From an uncultured Nitrososphaeraceae archaeon (GTDB taxonomy: Archaea > Thermoproteota > Nitrososphaeria > Nitrososphaerales > Nitrososphaeraceae), in contig CAWGVG010000060.1 in the NCBI GenBank assembly GCA_963825865.1, positions 1 to 64,000 of the forward strand: a stretch of 64,000 bases of DNA, written 5' to 3'. Numbering within the stretch: the stretch's first letter is position 1; every line of letters starts with the position of its first letter. Below are positions 23,735 to 34,269 of the stretch, piece after piece. A model generated the notes under the pieces. It made no database searches. It worked only from the letters and a program-made list of their open reading frames with translations, and was not told the origin of the DNA. The position numbers and the translations under genes were made by a program.

Positions 23735-24688
23735 TTAATGCCCGTATCCCCATAGCATCTTGTAAATATGCAATATTCCTGGAAAGAGGGCGTCTAAAGA
23801 TTCTGAAACTGCTTTTGCACTTCCCGGAAGATTAACTATTACTGTAGTTCCCCTAACTCCTGCCACTCCTCTTGAGAGCATGGATAATGGTGTCCTTTTC
23901 TGTCCATAGCTCCTGAGGACTTCGGCCACCCCATCTAACTCATTTTGTATAACTTTCTTGGTTGCTTCTGGTGTTACGTCCCTAGGACCAATGCCAGTTC
24001 CTCCACTTGTTATTACAATATCCACCTTTATCTCATCACAAAAAGTTTTGAGCTCAGACTCTATTAGATCTGCCTCATCGCGTATAACCTTGTAGTCGAC
24101 TACCTCAAACCCATTCTTAACTAGCCTGTCGATAATAACTTTTCCTGATTGGTCTTCTTTCTCACTTCTTGAATCGCTGCAAACCAATACAGAAGCTTTA
24201 AGTGATCTATCAAATTTTTCGAAGAATGTTTTGAGACCTCCACGTTTGTTCAGTAATCTAACTGACTCTATCAATAATGTATCATCTATAGGCTTTAGCA
24301 TATCATAAATTGTCAACGCAGCTATGCATGCACCAGTTAATGCTTCCATTTCAACTCCGGTTTTGGCTACATTTTTCACATAAACAATGACATCGATAGA
24401 TTGTTCCTTTAATAATACTTCAACCTTGATACTATCTATAGGTATTGGATGACAGTATGGTAGTAAATCCCAGGTTCTTTTTGCTGCCATAGTAGCTGAG
24501 AGTTTGGCAGCTTCAAAGATGTCACCCTTCGGAGCTTTTCCTTCATTAATCAAAGTTATTGTAGCTGGTTCTACTTTCACGATAGCTTCTGCTACTGCTG
24601 TTCTCAATGTTTCTGACTTGTCGCTAACATCAAACATGCCACGCCCTACTCCCTTATCTCCTCCTCCTTCTCCACCTCTATCCACCAT
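23735..24688 (-). CDS. moaCB: Bifunctional molybdenum cofactor biosynthesis protein MoaC/MoaB
   Basis: MFDVSDK, LLPYCHP and TGVEMEAL (MoaC); GGTGIGPRDVTPEA and NLPGS (MoaB/MogA). Confidence 0.95.
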   Translation of the reverse strand: MVDRGGEGGGDKGVGRGMFDVSDKSETLRTAVAEAIVKVEPATITLINEGKAPKGDIFEAAKLSATMAAKRTWDLLPYCHPIPIDSIKVEVLLKEQSIDVIVYVKNVAKTGVEMEALTGACIAALTIYDMLKPIDDTLLIESVRLLNKRGGLKTFFEKFDRSLKASVLVCSDSRSEKEDQSGKVIIDRLVKNGFEVVDYKVIRDEADLIESELKTFCDEIKVDIVITSGGTGIGPRDVTPEATKKVIQNELDGVAEVLRSYGQKRTPLSMLSRGVAGVRGTTVIVNLPGSAKAVSESLDALFPGILHIYKMLWGYGH

Positions 24689-24689
24689 C

Positions 24690-25118
24690 CTAATCACTTC
24701 TTCTTTTAGGAGGAATACCTTCTACCCAATATACACCAGACTCACACACTTCCTTCTTCCATATTGGGGCTCTTACCTTGATCTCATCTATACCATATTT
24801 GCACGCTTCAAACGCCTCTTTCCTGTGCTCGGCAGATACAGCAACCGCGACGCTGACATCTCCAACCTTCAAATTTCCTATTCTATGGACTGCCGCGAAT
24901 TTTTTTATCCCCCATGTTTTTCTTGCTTCATCTTCAATTTGAGTAAAATTTTCTTTAGCCATTTCTATGTATGCTTCGTAGTAGATTTCAGAAACTGCCT
25001 CATCTTTGTTGTGATCTCTAACGCTACCTACAAAGAACGCAACTCCCCCTGCAGAACTGTCCATGGTATATTCTAGTATTTTGTATACATCGATAGGATC
25101 AGGACTTATAGAGATCAT
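24690..25118 (-). CDS. moaE: Molybdopterin synthase catalytic subunit
   Basis: FVGSVRD, YEAY, HRIGNL, HRKEAFEAC and APIWKKE. Confidence 0.95.
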   Translation of the reverse strand: MISISPDPIDVYKILEYTMDSSAGGVAFFVGSVRDHNKDEAVSEIYYEAYIEMAKENFTQIEDEARKTWGIKKFAAVHRIGNLKVGDVSVAVAVSAEHRKEAFEACKYGIDEIKVRAPIWKKEVCESGVYWVEGIPPKRRSD

Positions 25119-25126
25119 GAGATTAT

Positions 25127-25393
25127 CTAACCCCCGCTAACGGGCGGTAGAATTGCCACTTCGTCTAAATGGTTTATAATAATGTCATCAGCTGCAATTT
25201 TATGGTTAACTGCAATAACAAGTTGAATTTTTGTTGGAAACGATGGAAATACTTCCAAAATCATTCTTTTCAGATCACGAACTGTCGTGATTTTTTCTGT
25301 CATTTTTAATGTTATCTTATCTTTACCTATAATGTCTTTATGGGATGCAAATAATTTTATCACTACTTCCACACTTGGATTTAGTTCTTGCTT
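25127..25393 (-). CDS. moaD: Molybdopterin synthase sulfur carrier (MoaD/ThiS, SAMP-like); ORF track start 25408
   Basis: Ubiquitin-like fold ending DEVAILPPVSGG; directly upstream of moaE. Confidence 0.9.
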   Translation of the reverse strand, partial: KQELNPSVEVVIKLFASHKDIIGKDKITLKMTEKITTVRDLKRMILEVFPSFPTKIQLVIAVNHKIAADDIIINHLDEVAILPPVSGG

Positions 25394-25489
25394 CTCTTCT
25401 TTGATCATGTGTGATTTTTATCCCCATATCGTATGCAATAGGTGGTTTATAATACATGCTTCTATATGTCATGAACTGAATATTTTTGA

Positions 25490-26119
25490 TGTAACTCATG
25501 GGAAAAAATGGAGACCCTTTGTCATCATCCACATCATGGAGCTTTCCTCCGAGGCCGTGGACTCATCATGTTAGTCAACAGAGGCAGGGGCTCTTGTTCA
25601 AAGTCACGACGGGGGTAAAACTTGGATAGACCGAATTGAGGACGAGCCGTCCAATATGGGAAACCCATCCAAAAGCATCTAAACGATTCTTCTGCCGGTG
25701 ACGGATATTTTGAAAGCTTTGATTACGGTAAATCGTGGAACAGACCAACAGAAGGTTTAAGGCATCATTACCTTTATGGGCTTGCTGTTGATTCTGGTGA
25801 TGCTCAAAATGTGATTGTATCAGCATCCATGGGTCCCGGTAACGCCTACTCTATTGAATACGCTGAGTCATTTGTATATAGAAGGGATGAAGATGACAAA
25901 AAATGGAAGGTTATTTCAAACGGTCTTCCCGAATCAAAGGGAGAGGTCACAGTTCTTGTCTCAAATCCTAAAGCTGCAGGAGAATTCTATGCGGTTAACA
26001 ACCGTGGTTTATTTATGTCAACTGATTCAGGTGTTTCGTGGAGAGGGCTTGATATCCCGTGGCCCAAAGAGTATCTTTTAGAGCCTGCTTGGGCCCTGGC
26101 AGTTAGCGATAAGAAATAA
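25490..26119 (+). pseudogene. BNR/Asp-box beta-propeller (glycosyl hydrolase-like) remnant
   Basis: Fragments SWSFPPRPWTHHV, EAGALVQSHDGGKTWIDR and GLFMSTDSGVSW; N-terminus missing, several breaks. Confidence 0.8.
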
Positions 26120-26352
26120 TAGTTGTTGGGTGCAAGAGTAAGTTCAAGCTCGATCATTCTAGCGTAATGGATTTGCCAAAAACGTGAACTAGCTTTTGTT
26201 GCAATATTTTGGATAACAATACATACAGTCGATTATTACGGACGGCTTGAAAATGGCTAAAGCAATACCTGATGGAAATCATTCTATAACACCAGCCGTC
26301 GGGGGATTAAGGGATTGACGCTGAAATAACATCTATCCATAAGGAGATATTC

Positions 26353-27400
26353 TCAGCCCCCTATCGTATGCATAAGGTTTAGTCTTGGCCTTAACTTGTT
26401 AGTCCGAATGATACTTACTACACCCTCGGGTTTTTTCTTTATGCATTCTAGAATATATCTTCTAATGTCGTCATCAGATTTTCCGTTCCTCATTAAGCTC
26501 TTCAAGTCGTGACCTGGATTTTCAAATAAGCAGGTGAGAAACCTCCCATCAGATGTTATCCTTACTCTATCACAATTACTACAAAATGGCTGTGTCATTG
26601 AGGGGATAAATCCTATGGTACCTTTATTATCCGCAAACGAGTAAAGGCTTGCAGGCTCTGAATTGTCTTCGTTGTGTAAAGGTTTAATCTCCCCTACATT
26701 CTTGTTTATAATCTCAATCATTTCCCTCATACTAAAAACGAGCTTTGGTTCCCATATACCTGAACCGTCCAATGGCATAAACTCTATAAACCGTACAGTA
26801 TATCCTGTAGCCCTAGCGAAACTTGCAAAGCCGACAACTTCATGTTCATTCCAGCCTCGGATAATAACCGTGTTTATCTTCAATTTGAGTCCTGCATAAT
26901 CAGCTGCTCTTATTGAAGCCAAAACTTTGTCGACACCATTTACTCCGCCCATTGCTCTGAACGTCTCAGCTTTAAATGAATCAAGGCTTACATTTATGCT
27001 TGCAAGGCCAGCATCTTTTAATTGCTTTGCCTTATCCTGCAGCAAGAGTCCGTTTGTTGTCATACTTATCAGCCTTAATCCCTTTTATTTTCGACAATGC
27101 TCCGATCAAGTCTTCTACCTTCGGCCTAACAAGAGGTTCGCCTCCAGTGATCCTTATCTTTTCTACACCCAATGTGACTAGAATATTGACAAGTCTAGCA
27201 ATCTCTTCATAACTTAAAACGTCATTCTGTTCAAACCATTTAGTATTGTTTGTTGGCATGCAATACACACATCGCATATTACATCTGTCTGTAATAGAAA
27301 TCCTCAATTTTCTGGCAATCCTTCCAGAACTATCAATTAGCTTGTCGTTGTATTGCGATGCCTTCAACAAGTTATTACTAATATTATTATCTTCCAACAT
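26353..27400 (-). CDS. moaA: GTP 3',8-cyclase (radical SAM), frameshifted near 27065
   Basis: LRISITDRCNMRCVYCMP, RITGGEP, RFIEFMP, FCSNCDRVRITSDG and C-terminal MHTIGG. Confidence 0.93.
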
Positions 27401-27409
27401 ACATTCATC

Positions 27410-27840
27410 GTCTACTTTGCAAGATTCTCTATTTGTTGCCGAAAACAATCCCTCCAGCCTTTGGCCAATGCCTTGATTCTTGCCGACACGTCGCATTGTT
27501 ACAATATCTTCCTTATCATCTACATATAACCGTACGATATCTTTAACTGTAACTTTGTTTTTCTCTTTGCTGACAAGTTCCATTTCACCAAACGTGCCGT
27601 AAGATAAGTTTGCAGCAGGTAATTGATATCGCCAATATTTGTAGTGTTCCGATGGATACGCATATACAGCCTTATCTGGTCCCCCATGCACAGTCAAATC
27701 CGCTTGCCTGTCACCATCAAGATTAGGCCTTCGCAGAGCGATGCGTGAGGTGCCATTTATCGGCTCCTTGTAAATCGCCGTTCTAACTACCTTTCCATTA
27801 AATAACACTTCACGCGGAAGAGCTACGTTGACTGAAAGAA
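27410..27840 (-). pseudogene. MOSC (YiiM-like) duplicate with internal deletion
   Basis: GDRQADLTVHGGPDKAVYAY...GTFGE joins directly to ELVSKEKNKVTVKD; the PRxPC Moco-Cys segment is absent. Confidence 0.85.
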
Positions 27841-28120
27841 CTTACTTTTATTATATGTTCATCGCTATCTTGTTGATTCAATATCTATTACTTCTTGCAA
27901 TGTTGCTATCCAAACTTAAATATTTTGAAAAATAGAGCTCAACTTTTTTGTTTTCAACAAATGTATGGAGGTAGTGGTTAACGTATTCTGAATTAAAGCT
28001 TCTAAGTTGCAAAATTAATTTTTCCATTCTTGAATCCAAATTGTGAAAGCATTTCGTAACAGTAAAAATAATTTTGGTTTTTGGTGCATTCTCTACTACT
28101 AATATATATTCAAATAAAAT

Positions 28121-28911
28121 ATGAACGGTAGTGTTCAGGGAAAGGTCTTTTATAGACTACATACAGGATCTAAGGATAGGGGCAATCAAGATAGCTATTG
28201 CCATAGGAATAGCTACAGTTTTTTGTATGACTTTTGGCATCAGCATCTTCAATATCGGCGGTTATACAATTCCCCTTCCGTACCCTGACACCTTTCACAA
28301 TATAGCAATTCAAGTAATCCTCGCAATGAAGAAGAATCTGCTCCCCCAAAACGTTAACCTTATACAACTTACTCCACAAGGAGCTTTTTTTACACAGATC
28401 TCTATAGCTGCCATGCTAGGGACAATCGCGGCCATGCCAATTATAGTTAGGGAATTGGCTGCATTTATAGGTCCTGGTCTGTATCAACATGAGAAGACAA
28501 CTGTAAAAAAGTTTACAGCATCTGCCATAGTACCTGTTCGCAACAGGTTGCCTATTCTCTTATTTTGTTGTTATACCTTACATACTTAACTTTTTATACA
28601 GATACGGACAGTCCATCGATGTTAGCACATTCTTTGATATAGGAGAGTTTGTTCCGTTTATAATGCAACTCCTGATTATATTTGGATTCTCATATCAACT
28701 TCCAATAGTAATGTGGGCTACCACAGTATCTGGAATGGTTGGACATAGATTCTGGAGACATAATTTAAGGTACGCCATAATAATAATAACTATCTTTGGT
28801 GCGTTTATAACTCCAGATGGTAGTGGAGTTACTATGTGGTTTGTTGCAGGACCTATGCTTGTCCTTTATCTCCTTGGTATGTTGATTTTAGAAATGAAGA
28901 TCCACGCTTAA
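28121..28911 (+). CDS. tatC: Twin-arginine translocase subunit TatC (frameshifted)
   Basis: AFIGPGLYQHEK, FGFSYQLP and GAFITPDGSGVTMWFVAGPM, spread across ORFs 28131-28589 and 28663-28911. Confidence 0.88.
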
Positions 28912-29338
28912 TATATTGAAACGACAAAAGAACGGGTTTCATTTTTTAGATATGCATGTCTACATGCTTTCTACATAACAGGAATACTATTAGGTTAGCT
29001 TATCGCACAAGATTTGATAAGCTATTTAAGGTTTACTGAACTATGTTAATCTATGTATGCAAGCCCTTCTTTTTTGAATTTCTATTAAACTTGGTATCTT
29101 GGATTAACTTATTCAGAATTGATCGCTTGCAAATTGGTAGACAAATATCTTCATAGAAAGAGCCAATATCTTTAAAACGATAAATCTAGATAAAAATCTA
29201 GATAAATGTCTGCAACTAAAGTTTTTTATGTTTTCATCTACCGTTTTTATTGACAGCGACGGTAATCCAACACTCATTTATTCATGGCTGTTGTTTTATG
29301 TCGTGTTACAGATATATCTTGATATCATAACAAAAAGG

Positions 29339-29518
29339 TTAAGAGTTACGAATAAGTCCTCTTAATTTCTGTTTAAATTCAGGAGTCATATCTCCTGGTT
29401 TGATATCATGTTCTTTCATAGCATGCTCTCCGGCATTTGCCATAAGTTCGTCGTCTGTATCACCTTTGATGACAACATCACAGTCAAATCCAGCATCTTT
29501 ACATGTTAAGGTTTTCAT
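29339..29518 (-). CDS. DUF1059 small metal-binding protein (59 aa)
   Basis: Manual translation MKTLTCKDAGFDCDVVIKGDTDDELMANAGEHAMKEHDIKPGDMTPEFKQKLRGLIRNS*. Confidence 0.9.
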   Translation of the reverse strand: MKTLTCKDAGFDCDVVIKGDTDDELMANAGEHAMKEHDIKPGDMTPEFKQKLRGLIRNS

Positions 29519-29791
29519 AACTTATTGTTTAACTCCAAAATACTTTAAGTATTCTTTCCAGATTACCTGTCTTAGTTGTCGTAGAAACCTTATTGTAAAA
29601 TATTCGTGAGGCGTATAGTTGCTTCTATCTACGTAATATAATACAATTTTTCTGGTGATCTGTCATGCGAGTGGGAGCCATTGGTTTGGCCACTTCAAGC
29701 ATCTAAAAAATCCGCTTTTGCTCTGTATCGTCTGCAGTCAATCTGTTATACATACGTTCTTCTTCTTTATTGTAATTCCATTGCAAAGAAT

Positions 29792-30385
29792 TTGGTAGCA
29801 GAAGAATCTACAAAAGATACTGGTGTTATCGGTCTTGGACGAATGGGTGCTGCTGTTGCTAGCAATATTCTCAAGTCCGGCTTTAATGTTATAGTCTACA
29901 ACAGGACAGAATCCAAGACTCGACCCCTTGTAGAGGATGGAGCAGTTAAAGCATTAAGTCTCAAAGAAGTAGCTATGAAATCTGATGTTTTAGTAACTAG
30001 CCTTAGAGAAGACCAAGCAGTTTTGGATGTTGTTTCTGGGGAAGAAGGGATATTGTCTGGTTTACAACAACAACAACTGCAACAACAGCCAAATAGAATT
30101 CATATAGGAACGTCAACTATTTCACCTGCTCTTTCAACCAGCTTAGCTGAAGTGCATACTGCACATGGTTGCTCATATTTAGCCGCACCAGTGTTAGGAA
30201 ATCCATCTGTTGCCAAACTTGCAAAGCTTACCACATTTGTAGCAGGTGATTCAAAAGATATCGAGCGATGCAATAGATTATTTAATGCTTATTGTCAAAA
30301 GATTATTAACATAGGAAACGAGCATCCCTCAGCCAATACACTAAAACTAATAGCCTTTTTTTATTTTTCTAGTTCTTTAGTGTAA
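29792..30385 (+). pseudogene. 3-hydroxyisobutyrate/6-phosphogluconate dehydrogenase-family NAD(P) oxidoreductase, C-terminally truncated
   Basis: GVIGLGRMG, YNRT, STISP, APVLG and catalytic LKL, then an abrupt end without the helical C-domain; contains a poly-Gln insert. Confidence 0.75.
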
Positions 30386-30697
30386 AGTATTGCTGGTTAC
30401 CCTCTTTCCCTTTACCCTTGGAGAGTTCGTCTGCAAATCTAAAAAAGTATTATTAGTATGAGAATCTTCCTGCTGTTGTTTTTCCGTGAGTCCAAGTTCA
30501 GCTTTTTTTCTCAACGCTCCTCAACCCCTATTTCAATCCTGTTTTTCTCCAAAGTTTTTACGAGGGCAGCTGTTTTTCCTACACTATTTTGAATTTATCG
30601 ATAGTATAACATTTCTGCTACCGCTTAGATTTTTATTTCTATCACTTATAGAGAGAATCTAAAACTATTGTGATAAATAAAAATTATATTGTTAATA

Positions 30698-30982
30698 TTA
30701 CAAAAGCGTGACTCTGAATAGTATGGATAATCCGGCTAACTCTGCTATGTGTATTCCTACATAGTATGGAAGTAATCCTACAGCATACAATGGCTCCATC
30801 GCAAAATAAGCATATACTGCAATTATATTGTGTAACATGAGTAGGCTAACAAAAAACATGAGACCTATAGTGAATACTGCTCTAGTATTCTTGTAGACTT
30901 TAGCATAAATGATGAGCATTGCTGTTAATATTGCTATATTTGCTACTCCCACTACTGCACTGATACTCATCAAAGTCTCCAT
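30698..30982 (-). CDS. Small three-TM membrane protein
   Basis: Three hydrophobic segments; F(T)IGLxxF..LL.HN pattern seen in archaeal small membrane proteins. Confidence 0.8.
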   Translation of the reverse strand: METLMSISAVVGVANIAILTAMLIIYAKVYKNTRAVFTIGLMFFVSLLMLHNIIAVYAYFAMEPLYAVGLLPYYVGIHIAELAGLSILFRVTLL

Positions 30983-31265
30983 GAATTAAGATTAAAAAGG
31001 ATTATGAATAAATCTCTTATTTACCTTTTTCCAGATCTATTCCATCTTCACTAATAATTCTACATTTTCATCTTTTTCTTTTCTTGGATTTTATATCTTT
31101 GAACACTCTGGATGTATTGTAACAATCATCTGCCAATGCTCCCTTAAGAAAGGAGCGTATGCTAACTACAACTTATTTGGGTATCATAGATGATTAAAAC
31201 ATCTTATGGTTTGAAAATTTGCTTGACAAAGCTTATTGGTTGGCAGATAGATTATAATTATAACT

Positions 31266-32542
31266 GTGAATTGTATTACGTCTAAAACTAGATATCATGG
31301 TCCTAAAGGACATATGCCTGTAGATATCGCTCTCAAGAAATTTTTTTCTTCCCTTGATTTTTCAAAAATGTCCCACACAATAGAATTTGTCTCTCTACTA
31401 GACGCAGGAAGTAGAGTCCTCGCCAATGATATAACAAGTGGCATGGATATACCTCCCTTTATCGGTGCTGAAATGGATGGCTATGCAGTAAGATCTGCTG
31501 ACACCAAGGAGGCATCCACAAAACGTCCTAAACTGCTTCAGGTGGTAGGCAAAATATATGCTGGACACGAGGGACAATACAAACTTAGATGTGGAGATGC
31601 AATAACAATAGCAACTGGTGCAAGGCTCCCTAAGGGTGCTGATTCAGTAGTAATGATCGAGCACACAAAATTAGAGAACAATATGGTAAGGATCTTTAAG
31701 GAAATAGAAAAGGGTCAACATGTATCATTAAAGGGCAACGATGTAAAGAATGGACAGGTACTGCTGAAAGAAAGGAACATGGCTTACCTCTCAAGATATA
31801 GGTCTAATAGCTTCAGTCGGAGTTAGTAAAGTTCCAGTATTTAAGAGGCCACAGGTTGCAGTATTTGCAACAGGTGACGAGCTTATAGAACCTGGCTCTA
31901 AACTTGAGAACACTTGCATATTTGAAAGTAATAGGTATATGATATCAAGTATGGTAAGAGATTTTGGAGGAGAGGTAATTGATTTTGGAATATGTAAGGA
32001 TGAAAAGGATCTGATTCTCTCAAAGTTTAAAAAAGCACTAAAATTTGACATGGTCGTTGTATCTGGTGGTGCATCGGTCGGAGAAAAGGACTACGTCCCT
32101 GACCTTATAAAAAATCTGGGAAAACCCGGTCTTGTTATTCATGGAATAGCCATGAAGCCCGGCTCTCCGACGGGCCTTGGAATAGTTAATCATAAACCAA
32201 TAATTCTCAGCCCTGGGTATCCTGTGTCTTCATTTATTGCATTTTATGTCTTTGGACAACCCTTGCTCTTAAAGATGCTGGGAGCCACTGCTGGAGGGCC
32301 ATTCACGCCAAAATTAATCGCTAAAATGGCAGCTTGCTATTAATGTGCATGTGAACTTTCGTACGTTTGTTAGGGTAAATGTGGTAAGACATAATGGATT
32401 GTACTTGGCTGAGCCTATTACTGCATCAGGTCCAAGCCTGCTTTCAACATTAACAAAATCGAATGGTATTGTTATAACAGATAACAGGAGCAAATTGGCG
32501 AAAGGTACAAAAGTGGAGGTGATACTACTGAGGAGTATCTAA
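31266..32542 (+). CDS. moeA: Molybdopterin molybdotransferase MoeA (two frameshifts)
   Basis: MDGYAV, IATGA.LP.GADSVVMIE, ATGDEL, SGGASVGEKD, MKPG and PGYPVS across three ORFs. Confidence 0.92.
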
Positions 32543-32707
32543 GCCATAATTGTTATATTATTAAAATTAACATATGCTGAAGATGTCATATTGCATGTTG
32601 TTGTGCGTCAAACTTATGACACCACGACCTTCGTTGAATAATAATATTTACTTTTCTTGTAAAGATTAAAAGATTATTATTTATACGAATCGTATTGTGC
32701 AACCCAC

Positions 32708-33347
32708 TTACTCTATCTGTCGTCGGAAATGATCTCTCCATCCTTCCGGCAATGCCTTGATTCTTACAGCACGCTCGCATTGTTTCAATATCTTTCTCAT
32801 CATCTACATATAACCGTACGATATCTTTAACTGTAACTTTGTTTTTCTCTCTGCTGATAAGTTGTATTTCATCTTCAGCTCCAATCTCTCCTTCTTGTAA
32901 TACCTTAAAGTAAATTCCAGGACGACCACTGGCCAGAAACCGCTTAATAATATCCATTCGTCCAAATTTTACTCCTAGTTTGAAACATGGCATTCGTGGT
33001 TGTGTAGCTATTACTTTGACTGAATTACCAATTTGAAACTGATCACCAATGTTAACCATATCTTCCATTAAGCCTTCAGTAGTAAGGTTTTCACCAAAGG
33101 TTCCATAAGATAGTGTTGTACTAGGAAATTGAGGTCGCCAATATTGGTAGTTTTCAGAAGGATAAGCGTATATAGCCTTATCTGGTCCTCCATGTACAGT
33201 CAAATCAGCCTGTTTATCACCATCCAGATTAAGTTTTAGTAGCCTAACTCGACCTTGTACTGGTTCCTTAAAAATTCCTGTAGTAACGACTTCGCCCCTG
33301 AAAAGCACTTCGCGCGGAAGTCCTACATTGACAGAAAGGATTTTCAT
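32708..33347 (-). CDS. MOSC domain protein (YiiM-like, 6-N-hydroxylaminopurine reductase family)
   Basis: HGGPDKAIYAY, FGENL, QPRMPCFK and GRPGIYFKVL; the corrected tail is MRRAVRIKALPEGWRDHF. Confidence 0.9.
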
Positions 33348-33521
33348 TATACTACTTCCATTATATATACATCTTTGTTGCTTATAAGAAATAGTAAAAA
33401 TTTGGTATGAATTCGACACTCTACACTCAAGGCGGGTTTTGAATGTAAATAGATATAATCGCAGAAGAATTTACCGTGTATTACTTTAAGTATAGCCGTT
33501 CTTTGAATTGTGTGTGTGCAT

Positions 33522-33716
33522 ATGTTAACAGTACTATGTCGTGAGACAGGATTGGATTGTGATTATGTTATCAAGGGCAAGACAGAAGAAGAGATTTTGA
33601 AAAATGGTGCTGAGCATGCAATGAAAGTTCACGGTATGAAAGTGGATGACATATACCTTGATAGAATTCCTACTAATCTCCTATGCCAAATTATTGGTAA
33701 ACTAGCAGATAAATAG
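33522..33716 (+). CDS. DUF1059 small metal-binding protein
   Basis: CRETGLDCDYVIKGKTEEEILKNGAEHAMKVHGM. Confidence 0.88.
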   Translation: MLTVLCRETGLDCDYVIKGKTEEEILKNGAEHAMKVHGMKVDDIYLDRIPTNLLCQIIGKLADK

Positions 33717-33821
33717 ATTGAATACATAGATTAGAAAGTAAAGAGTAGAATTTTTACTTTAACTATTGTCGATAATGGCTTTAAATAACTCTTACGACAT
33801 AGTATTAGGTAGATATATACA

Positions 33822-34160
33822 ATGAGTAATAACAATAGCGGTAACAAACAGTTCCTCATTAACCAACTGATATGGATTGGAATATCTATAGGCATCAGTC
33901 TTACAATTTCTATGTTAGTACCATTTCCGATCTCACTAGTTGCGATAATTGGAGTTTTCATTTTGCTTAACTTCTATATGAGAAAGAGAATGATGAGAAG
34001 GATGGGCATGAAAGGAGGCCTAGGGATGTTTGGTTCTTTATCCTCATCTTCAATGTTTGGAGACAGTTCATTAAAATATTACTGCATGAGCTGTGGAACA
34101 AGTCATAAGGATGTTGCATGTCCAAAGTGCGGTTCTAAGATGAAAAGGGTCGGTTCCTAG
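33822..34160 (+). CDS. Two-TM membrane protein with C-terminal zinc ribbon (paralog 2)
   Basis: Paralog of 5183-5515. Confidence 0.85.
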   Translation: MSNNNSGNKQFLINQLIWIGISIGISLTISMLVPFPISLVAIIGVFILLNFYMRKRMMRRMGMKGGLGMFGSLSSSSMFGDSSLKYYCMSCGTSHKDVACPKCGSKMKRVGS

Positions 34161-34269
34161 GTAATATACTGCGATATTTTTTAATGACAAGATTGTATTG
34201 CTGATGACATCGAGCCTCCATTTTTGAACTTTTGTAATCCTTTAATACGAGTTTAAGACAGTCTCTTAT

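Noticed and set aside
27032-27808. Apparent novel MOSC-radical SAM fusion ORF
   Set aside because: It arises from read-through of a deleted MOSC relic into moaA via frameshifts; moaA has its own ATG at 27400.
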